Source: Promethearchaeota archaeon (lineage in GTDB: Archaea; Asgardarchaeota; Lokiarchaeia; Sigyniarchaeales; SOKP01). Taken from it: a stretch of DNA of 64,000 nucleotides. The DNA lies in NCBI GenBank assembly GCA_048941065.1, contig JBHLNY010000001.1:28-64027 (forward strand), read 5' to 3'. This document shows, in pieces, positions 28,665-36,317 of the stretch. The translations under genes were made by a program, and so were the position numbers. The notes beneath the pieces were generated by a model. It was given only the letters and a program-made list of their open reading frames with translations, ran no database searches and was not told the origin of the DNA. Numbering within the stretch: the first letter of the stretch is position 1; every line of letters starts with the position of its first letter.

Positions 28665-30952
28665 TCCCTATATACTTCTTTAAAATTATCTGCCAATTCA
28701 AATCTGGAATTATCATGCCAAAACTTGAAGTTTAACACATGAAAAAGCTCTCCCTTAAATAATTCTTTTTCTTCATTTGTTAAAGAGTGTTTCAAGATTA
28801 AATTTATTGGTCTAGGGATTAATTTTGAGAAGTATTTTAGATTTATTTCTTTAATATAATCATAAAAGGTGTCCTCACCATTTATGCTAAAAAAGTTTAT
28901 TGGAACTAGTTCTTCTAATTGATAATTTGAAATATTTATTTCTTGTTTAATTTTTTCTTTAACATAATTTGGAAAAACTGTACTGATATCTATACTAAGA
29001 GCATAGTGTTTATAAAATTCAAGTAGTAAATTCTTTTCTTCAATATTAGATATTTGAGCAATATATATATCTAGAAATTCTAGAAAATGATCAAACTTTT
29101 GTTCTTTCATTTCTCTATCTTCAAAATAACTAATGAAATCATAGAATGTCTCTTCTAAACTCCAATCTTTTTTTTCTTCTAATTTAAAGAATCTTTTTGC
29201 ATAATCATTTACCCATTCTAATATATAAAATTTCCAGACCAAATCAATTCCGCCTATCCGTTTTTCTAAGAATCGATGAAACCTAGTAGCAAAGGTAACT
29301 GGATCTGCTATTTCTTTATCAGGTTCCTCTTTAATAAACCGGTTAATCGTGGTATATCTAAGAATATAGCTTAATAGATAATCCAATTCATATGGAAAAT
29401 TCTTAAATTTCTCTATATGCTCTCGTATAATATTAAAATTGTCATCCATTTGTATTTCTACAAAAGACACTAGATCTCCTATGTTTATTTTTATTTTATT
29501 GAAAAAAATTTCAATACTTGAATTAATTAATCTTTTAAATTCTCTTATTACATTTTCTTCATTAAATTTAAGATCCCTTAATAAAACCATTGGGTTAATT
29601 TCAATTTGGTTAAATATATACTCTTTAAATTGTTCTATTAAGTTCTGCCCAAAAGTTTTCGCTGGTTTTTGTTCTTTTTCAAACTTCTGCTTTAAAATAT
29701 TTGTTAAATTAATAAGTAAGGATTTTAACCGACGACGAGAAAGATATCTTGGAATTGAGTCTTTAACTAAATTAATACTAATCTTAATAATTTCCGAAAA
29801 ATAATTGAATACAGAACTTAACTCTATTGCTCTTAAATTTTCTTTCGGAATTATTGATTGATTAATCAAAGTAATAGCTAAATTACATATATCTTCAAAA
29901 TTTTCACTTTCAAATTTTGCTTTATTCGCAATAAATTGTTTATATTTATTTAATAATCCAGATAAGTTCCCAGTCTCTCCAGTAGTCAGAAAAGAATTAG
30001 AATATTCAATAAATTTATTCATATATCTTTCTAAATCAATTAAAATTTTGGCTATAAAGGAAATTAACCATTTTGCTGAGCATTGTTCTTTAACGTCTTT
30101 TAATTTTTCTTTAATATAGTTGATAATAAATAATACAATTTTATCTTGAGATTCATCTATTGTTCCAGTATTTGCTAAGTTTATTAGATTTGCTCCAAGT
30201 TTTAATGTGTTATCCACAATAAAATTAGCACTGGGTTCCGATATGGAATATTTGAGATGATCTATGGCTTCCTGCCCCTCAAAAGCGGTTTTTATTCTCT
30301 CAAACTTAGAATTATAGAAATTAATCTCAAATGGTCTTTTATACCATGATATCTCAACATCTGACTTGATCTTTCCATAAGTATTTAACAATTCTTTTTC
30401 TGTAGGAAGTGAAACACTTAATCCAATTAATTTCTTATTCCATTTATCTTCCACTAATTCTCCGAAGAGTCTTTTGCTAAATCTACTAGCAAATCTTTTA
30501 TATATCAGTTCTCTATCGTGACTTTTTAATTCAGGTCGATCTGTAAATTCTTCTACTTCAAAAAATAATTTACTTATATTATTTATGGATTCATTAGATT
30601 TATGCACATCTAAATATCCTGTATCTGGTTTCAATGCCAGTAATAAACTTTCGCATTCCTTATATTTGCCAGGTATGAAGATCATTGATTTTGGGTAAAT
30701 ATTAAGTTGAGCACTTTTTTCATCAAAATTATATAACTCAAATTCGATACTAAATACTTCTGATCCCGTATAATCTCTTAAAATTGCATTGTACATTCTT
30801 AAAAATTTTATTACTTCTTGGGAAAGAATATTCACTTTTTGTCTTGTTAATTTTCCAGGACCAATTACATCTCCGACAATGAGGTCACTTGGAGAAGAAT
30901 ATCCAAAAATTAATGAAAACTGATAATTAATTGATTCTCTTGTAGTTATCAT
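28646..30952 (-). CDS. large orphan protein (768 aa) with longin-like N-terminal ~115 aa and long helical remainder
   Basis: Long clean ORF. The N-terminus reads as beta-beta-alpha-beta-beta-beta-alpha by eye (YQFSLIFGY / LIVGDVIG / QKVNILSQEVIKFLRMYNAIL / EVFSIEFE / AQLNIYPK / MIFIPG / ECESLLLAL). No catalytic motifs were seen. Confidence 0.6.
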   Translation of the reverse strand: MITTRESINYQFSLIFGYSSPSDLIVGDVIGPGKLTRQKVNILSQEVIKFLRMYNAILRDYTGSEVFSIEFELYNFDEKSAQLNIYPKSMIFIPGKYKECESLLLALKPDTGYLDVHKSNESINNISKLFFEVEEFTDRPELKSHDRELIYKRFASRFSKRLFGELVEDKWNKKLIGLSVSLPTEKELLNTYGKIKSDVEISWYKRPFEINFYNSKFERIKTAFEGQEAIDHLKYSISEPSANFIVDNTLKLGANLINLANTGTIDESQDKIVLFIINYIKEKLKDVKEQCSAKWLISFIAKILIDLERYMNKFIEYSNSFLTTGETGNLSGLLNKYKQFIANKAKFESENFEDICNLAITLINQSIIPKENLRAIELSSVFNYFSEIIKISINLVKDSIPRYLSRRRLKSLLINLTNILKQKFEKEQKPAKTFGQNLIEQFKEYIFNQIEINPMVLLRDLKFNEENVIREFKRLINSSIEIFFNKIKINIGDLVSFVEIQMDDNFNIIREHIEKFKNFPYELDYLLSYILRYTTINRFIKEEPDKEIADPVTFATRFHRFLEKRIGGIDLVWKFYILEWVNDYAKRFFKLEEKKDWSLEETFYDFISYFEDREMKEQKFDHFLEFLDIYIAQISNIEEKNLLLEFYKHYALSIDISTVFPNYVKEKIKQEINISNYQLEELVPINFFSINGEDTFYDYIKEINLKYFSKLIPRPINLILKHSLTNEEKELFKGELFHVLNFKFWHDNSRFELADNFKEVYREWIKEL

Positions 30953-31093
30953 AATCCAATTTAATTACAAATCTTATTTCTTCGATTAATAAATCATAAT
31001 GGTTATAATTCTTACTGAAAATGTAAAAAATTTAGCTATTGTTTTTAATATTTTTAAGTTTATATAATACTAAATAAATTAATTTTATAAAAA

Positions 31094-31103
31094 TTTATAT
31101 ATA
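31094..31103 (+). promoter_or_regulatory. TATA-box-like element TTTATATATA upstream of the coiled-coil ORF
   Basis: It lies in the divergent intergenic region. The reading frame of the downstream gene opens at 31121, about 20-30 nt downstream. Confidence 0.3.
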
Positions 31104-31270
31104 GTATTCTGAAAAAGTAGATAAAGGGAAAAAAACTGTCAGAAATACTTCTTAATCAACTTATACAGAAATTAGACGAGGTAATTTTAGGAAGAAGGGA
31201 TATTTTATCTGAGATTGAAAAATTAAAGGATTCAATAGAAAAAGTTCGAGATATCGGAAAAAAAGAATCA

Positions 31271-31807
31271 ATGATACAAATAACCGATGCCGTAAATGAA
31301 ATTAACAGTTTTATGTCAAACTCTACTAGTGTTTTATTTGATCTTAACAATAATATAAAGAACTTACAGAGTTTAGTTATTTCTCTCTTTAATCTTTTTG
31401 ATACAATTTTAAATAAATTAAATGCATTGAATATTAATAAAATTCATGAATCTTTTGCTACAGGCGAAGCTAAAATTTTATCATCTACTAGATATGAGAA
31501 CCATCTTTCTAATCCTATTAGATCTCCGTTTGAACAAAAATCAGCAGATTCTAAACACAAAATAAATATAAGTGGAGAATATGATTTTAATTTAATTATG
31601 TCTGCTGCAAAATCAAATAATCCTGCAGTGGAAATCGCTATGATGCTTGAAAAATTAAGAATTAAGTTACAAAAAGAAAATCCATTAAACCCTATATTAT
31701 TTGAATTAAGTATGGAATCAAGAAGACTTCAATCTTTAGGAAATATACCACTTAATGAGCATAATCTGCTTATCTTAATAGAGAAAATACAAAAATGGAT
31801 CGAATAA
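31271..31807 (+). CDS. coiled-coil protein, hypothetical (frame open upstream to 31121)
   Basis: 178 aa from the first ATG. The 50 in-frame codons upstream (IKGKKLSEILLNQLIQKLDEVILGRRDILSEIEKLKDSIEKVRDIGKKES) look like genuine coiled coil but contain no ATG/GTG/TTG. Confidence 0.5.
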   Translation: MIQITDAVNEINSFMSNSTSVLFDLNNNIKNLQSLVISLFNLFDTILNKLNALNINKIHESFATGEAKILSSTRYENHLSNPIRSPFEQKSADSKHKINISGEYDFNLIMSAAKSNNPAVEIAMMLEKLRIKLQKENPLNPILFELSMESRRLQSLGNIPLNEHNLLILIEKIQKWIE

Positions 31808-31930
31808 AAATTAAACATTATAAATTTTTATTTCAGTTAAATTTATTCTTAAAGAAAATAAATAAATAAATAGAATTTAATTAATTCTATATGAGAATAA
31901 TCTATATAATTAAAAGATTAATTCAAAAGG

Positions 31931-32344
31931 TGTGTACTTATACAATTTGGATCAGATTTAGGTATTAACCATGAAGATATCGAGAAAATAAGTCCTCAAA
32001 TCACATTTATAACTTCTAATGCAGATATAGAAGCAATTGCACTCGTAAGTGTTGAGGGATATCAGATTGCTTTCTCTGCGTTGCCCCAATACCATGTTGA
32101 TGGTGATCAATTTTGTGGACTTGCTAGTGCTTTATTAATGACAGGAAGATCAACAATTCAGACTTTATTTCAAGAAGATATCAGCGAAATAATTGTAAGG
32201 GCTGAAAATGGATATATTGTAGTTACTAATGCAGGACGTTTAGTGATTGTATGTGCTGGAACTATTATAGATACCCTAATGAAAACCGTAAAAGTAATGC
32301 GAATCGCAGCAAATAATCTCTATAAGATTTTTGAGGGTCGTTAA
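31931..32344 (+). CDS. Roadblock/LC7 (MglB-like) domain protein
   Basis: The core VEGYQIAFSALPQYHVDGDQFCGLASALLMTGRSTIQTLF...IIVRAENGYIVVTNAGRLVIVCAG is a typical Robl_LC7 pattern. I extended the start from the track's TTG 32081 to in-frame GTG 31931 to recover a full ~137-aa domain. Confidence 0.75.
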   Translation, partial: CVLIQFGSDLGINHEDIEKISPQITFITSNADIEAIALVSVEGYQIAFSALPQYHVDGDQFCGLASALLMTGRSTIQTLFQEDISEIIVRAENGYIVVTNAGRLVIVCAGTIIDTLMKTVKVMRIAANNLYKIFEGR

Positions 32345-32690
32345 AGGTTAAAGTGTCTTTATTTCACCTTTTTACATTTCTGTAAAATGTCTCTATTTTT
32401 TAAACAGTAATTTTTGGAATAATTAACTTTTTATTTATTAAAGGATATACAAACTATTAATCATTTTATTTATAATATGGTTTAATTTTATGGCAACTGG
32501 AAAATATAATTTTTGGCAGTGGCCTTGGTCTCAGTAGTAAGACTCATCACATTGGCTTAAACCATATTTTATTTTTCTCTTTTACTTATTTTCCATTTCT
32601 TTTAATTAGTAAATTCTTTCCTACAAATGTGCATTAATAATATTGATATCCAATATAGTAATGAGACACATAAAGTAAATTAATAAAAAA

Positions 32691-34106
32691 TTGGTTATAG
32701 AAATGGTTAATTATTATAATTCAAGAATTCTGTTGCAACCAAATGAAATACCTAAGGAATGGGTAAATATTTTACCAGACTTACCCTCTCCTATGACGCC
32801 CTTAGTGAATCCAATGGATGGGAAACCAGCACCACCAGAACTAGCATTAGCAATATTTCCAAAAGAATGTGTTATGCAAGAGATATCTCAAGAGCCATTA
32901 ATTCCTATCCCTAAGGATTTAAGGGAAATTTTCGCAAGGACTTATAGACCAACTCCTCTCCATCGGGCTTTAGGATTAGAGAAAGAATTGGGAATAGAAG
33001 GTGATGACGTAAAAATTTTTTATAAAAATGAATCTGTCTCACCTACGGGATCTCATAAACCAAATACGGCAATAACGCAAGCCTACTATGCAAAAAAAGA
33101 TGGTCTTGAAGAGTTGGTCACTGAAACTGGAGCGGGACAATGGGGCTCAGGACTTGCTTACGGATGTAATTTGTTTAATTTAAAATGTACAGTATATATG
33201 GTAAGAGTAAGTTTTTTACAGAAACCTGGTAGAAAGATTTTAATGAAAACCTTTAATGCAGATGTTCATGCTAGTCCTTCTAGATTTACTGAATCTGGTA
33301 AGACTTTTTTGAAAGAAGATCCAGAACATCCTGGAAGTTTAGGAATAGCTATTTCTGAAGCAGTTGAACATAGTCTTAGAAGTGACAAAATAAGATACTC
33401 TTTGGGAAGTGTTGTAAATTTTGTACTTTTACATCAGACAATTATAGGACAGGAAACGAAAGTTCAATTAGCGAAAGCTGGTGTTGAAAAACCTGACATA
33501 ATAATTGGTTGTATGGGAGGAGGCTCTAACTTTGCCGGATTAATGATTCCTTTTGTAAGAGATAAACTCCATGGTATCCTTCCAGACGTAGAAATTATTG
33601 GAGTGGAACCAAGAGCCTGTCCAAGTGTTTGTAAAGGTGAATATCGATGGGATTTTGGAGATACTTCAATGAAAGGACCGATTGTAAAAATGCACACTTT
33701 AGGCCATACGTTTGTACCCAGTCCGATTCACGCAGGAGGATTAAGATATCATGGGATGGCACCTATAATTTCGATCTTATATAAAAATAAAGTCATTTTA
33801 GCATCAATGCATCATCAAACTGAGATTATTAAATCAGGTCTTTTATTTGCCAATGCTGAAGGAATTCTCCCTGCCCCTGAAACTGCACATGCCGTAAAAG
33901 AAGCAATAGATCAAGCATTAAAAGCCAAAAATGATCAAGAAAAAAAGACTATTGTCTTCAATTTTAGTGGTCATGGCTTTTTTGATTTATTAGCGTATAA
34001 ATTATATATGACAGGAGATTTAGAAGATTACGAATTACCAACCGAAGAAATCCAAAAAGCACTATCATCAGAAGAAATGCCAAAAATTAATGAATCTCAA
34101 TTTTAA
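32691..34106 (+). CDS. trpB: tryptophan synthase beta-chain-like PLP enzyme, TrpB2 type
   Basis: The PLP-lysine motif is PTGSHKPNTA. It has the GGGSNFAG loop and the TrpB2-type N-terminal extension (EIPKEWVNILPDLP). It starts at TTG 32691 or ATG 32703. Confidence 0.9.
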   Translation: MVIEMVNYYNSRILLQPNEIPKEWVNILPDLPSPMTPLVNPMDGKPAPPELALAIFPKECVMQEISQEPLIPIPKDLREIFARTYRPTPLHRALGLEKELGIEGDDVKIFYKNESVSPTGSHKPNTAITQAYYAKKDGLEELVTETGAGQWGSGLAYGCNLFNLKCTVYMVRVSFLQKPGRKILMKTFNADVHASPSRFTESGKTFLKEDPEHPGSLGIAISEAVEHSLRSDKIRYSLGSVVNFVLLHQTIIGQETKVQLAKAGVEKPDIIIGCMGGGSNFAGLMIPFVRDKLHGILPDVEIIGVEPRACPSVCKGEYRWDFGDTSMKGPIVKMHTLGHTFVPSPIHAGGLRYHGMAPIISILYKNKVILASMHHQTEIIKSGLLFANAEGILPAPETAHAVKEAIDQALKAKNDQEKKTIVFNFSGHGFFDLLAYKLYMTGDLEDYELPTEEIQKALSSEEMPKINESQF

Positions 34107-34143
34107 ATTATAGATTTCTATTTTAAATTATAGATTTCTATTA

Positions 34144-34153
34144 TTTTTTTTTT
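34144..34153 (+). terminator. oligo-T tract (T10) downstream of trpB2
   Basis: Archaeal transcription typically terminates at oligo-T. The tract lies 38 nt after the stop codon. Confidence 0.4.
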
Positions 34154-34236
34154 AAAATAATGTTATTTTACTTTTTAAGAAAATCTTAAAATGAAAGAAT
34201 CCTTTCAATATTCAAATTTTAAGAGATTGGTAATTA

Positions 34237-35244
34237 TTGAATGTATTTTCGATAATAATTTTATGTTTTTTCTATTTATACAGCTTATTTCTATTATACA
34301 TAACCTTTTTAGCAAAAAGTAAAGGAGAAAGAGGGGCATTCATTAATAATTTGGTAAATGCAATAGTTTTGACAGTATCAATTACGATTAATTTAGGTAT
34401 CATATTTTTTTTAAATACACCTAGCAATGAATTCATTATTTTTCCATTTGATTTTTTAATGATAATTTTCCTTATTGTATTTTATCCTATATTTTCTCTT
34501 TTGATTTTACGTGAAAAAAAAAAAAATAGGGATGGGAAAGAAATAGAAAGACGCCTTAAATCAAAACAATCTAATGAATTACCGTTAAAGTATGATGTTT
34601 ATAGAAAATTGACTCATTTAGTTGTTTTAGGTATAATTTTTTCTTATTTTACACTTGGATTTTATATTAATGGAGGTATAATGTTTTTTACTCAGAATTT
34701 GGTTTTATTCTTGGTAGGAATCTCTTTAATAGGTTTATTAACTGCTGAATTTATAAGAATCCTAAATCCCAAAATTTATCCATTGAAGCCAGTTAATCAA
34801 ATATTACGAGAAAATGAATTACATATGAGATTTGGGCCTCATATTTCTATGAGTATAGGATGTTTTTCAATAATTCTTTTATATGGACTAATTCAACCAA
34901 TAGGACCCGTAATAATTTGTACATCCATGACAATGTCAATTTTTGGAGATATGGCATCAAACTTAATTGGTAGAGTAAAAGGAAAAAGTATTATCCGCAA
35001 TACAAACAAAACTTATGAAGGCCTATTCGCAGGAATAATAATATCATTAATTTCGGGCATTATAATGTTAATATTATTAAGAAATTTTTATAGAACAAGC
35101 ATTCTTGGATTTTTCTTAATTCCAATATTAGGCGCATTGATTATTGGTGGGATAGATTACATTGATTTAGAAATTGATGATAATTTAACTTTTAATTTCA
35201 CTTTATCAACGATATTATTTTTTGTTTCATTTCTTATTACATAA
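34237..35244 (+). CDS. polyprenol/dolichol kinase-family (CTP-dependent, cytidylyltransferase-superfamily) membrane protein
   Basis: It is polytopic. The C-terminal motif FGDMASNLIGRVKGK...NKTYEGLFAGIII resembles the dolichol/phytol kinase signature GD..A..vG...G......KS.EG. Confidence 0.55.
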   Translation: MNVFSIIILCFFYLYSLFLLYITFLAKSKGERGAFINNLVNAIVLTVSITINLGIIFFLNTPSNEFIIFPFDFLMIIFLIVFYPIFSLLILREKKKNRDGKEIERRLKSKQSNELPLKYDVYRKLTHLVVLGIIFSYFTLGFYINGGIMFFTQNLVLFLVGISLIGLLTAEFIRILNPKIYPLKPVNQILRENELHMRFGPHISMSIGCFSIILLYGLIQPIGPVIICTSMTMSIFGDMASNLIGRVKGKSIIRNTNKTYEGLFAGIIISLISGIIMLILLRNFYRTSILGFFLIPILGALIIGGIDYIDLEIDDNLTFNFTLSTILFFVSFLIT

Positions 35245-35283
35245 CAATTTACCATAAGTTTTTCAATAAAAGTATTTTAACTA

Positions 35284-35793
35284 ATGAAAATGTTAGAAGA
35301 AAAATTAAAAATTGATAAAATTTCTAAAGGAACTGTTATTGACCATATTGATGCTGGTTATGCCTTAACTATTCTTAATCTTACCGGATTAGATGAATCT
35401 AAAAATTTAATGACTATAGGTGTTAATGTATCTTCTAAAAAATACCAAACAAAGGATATTATAAAAATTGAGAATGTTTTTTTAAATGAAACTCAAATGC
35501 AGCAAATTTCAATTCTTTCACCGAATGCAACAATTTCATTGATTGAAAATTTTAAAGTAATTGAAAAGAAAAAAGTTCAAACACCAAAAATTATTAAAAA
35601 ATTAATTCTATGCATTAATCAGACTTGTATTTCCAATTCAGGCGAGCCAATTGATTCTGAATTTTTGGTATTGGAAGAGAAACCTTTAAAATTGCAATGT
35701 ATATACTGTGAACGCATATATAAGTTAGAAGAAATTGTTTTTACTTCTAAGGAAAAAAAAGAAAAAAAAGTAAAGCAAAGAATTCAACTATAA
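35284..35793 (+). CDS. pyrI: aspartate carbamoyltransferase regulatory chain PyrI
   Basis: It has the KISKGTVIDHIDAGYALTILNL allosteric-domain motif and the C-terminal zinc domain CINQTCIS...CIYCE. Confidence 0.85.
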   Translation: MKMLEEKLKIDKISKGTVIDHIDAGYALTILNLTGLDESKNLMTIGVNVSSKKYQTKDIIKIENVFLNETQMQQISILSPNATISLIENFKVIEKKKVQTPKIIKKLILCINQTCISNSGEPIDSEFLVLEEKPLKLQCIYCERIYKLEEIVFTSKEKKEKKVKQRIQL

Positions 35794-35809
35794 TAAAAAT
35801 ATAAAGGCA

Positions 35810-36247
35810 TTATAAAAATAATTCAAGGATCGAAGAAAATAGAAAAAATTTTAATATTGTATGAATAGTCACCCCAACAATCATAAATAAAAAGAAAAAT
35901 ATTCCTATTCCCGGTTTTAAAATATTTTTCCATGTCCACTCTTCCTTATCATATTCATATTTTAATATAAAAAAGCTAACAATGAAGGGAAATAAAAACC
36001 ACCAAAATAACATCCACAAAAATAAAAACCATCCAATAAAACCAAATACAAATCTTCCTATTAACGCACTTAATGCACCAGTTGCTGCTCTTATCCAATA
36101 TAACTTTGTCTCTTTCTCAAGTCGAAGTTCAATAGGTTTTAATGTAGTCTTTTTTGGCGTAATATCTTGTTTCTGTAATTCTCTCTTCTTATCTCTTATT
36201 AATTTCCTTCTTTTCTTTCGAATATCGACTTTTTTATGTTTAGCCAT
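35810..36247 (-). CDS. membrane protein with basic N-terminus, hypothetical
   Basis: The start is set at the internal ATG (MAKHKKVDIRKKRRK...), discarding a 20-aa Ile-rich leader. It has 3-4 hydrophobic segments. Confidence 0.4.
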   Translation of the reverse strand: MAKHKKVDIRKKRRKLIRDKKRELQKQDITPKKTTLKPIELRLEKETKLYWIRAATGALSALIGRFVFGFIGWFLFLWMLFWWFLFPFIVSFFILKYEYDKEEWTWKNILKPGIGIFFFLFMIVGVTIHTILKFFLFSSILELFL

Positions 36248-36317
36248 GTTATTATTATAAATAATTATTATTATAAAAATCATTATATATAATGATAAAG
36301 AAAACAACAGACGGAAA

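Noticed and set aside
28840-30952. Possible P-loop in the 768-aa protein (VGDVIGPGKLT) plus DYTG as a DxxG motif
   Set aside because: The spacing does not fit GxxxxGK[ST], because there is one extra residue and Leu replaces Ser/Thr. The DxxG-like motif follows only about 27 residues later, and no NKxD motif is present. The segment fits a beta-hairpin of a longin-like domain better than a GTPase.
31156-31350. 64-aa minus-strand ORF in the coiled-coil gene 5' region
   Set aside because: It is antisense to a frame that encodes a convincing coiled coil. It is low complexity.
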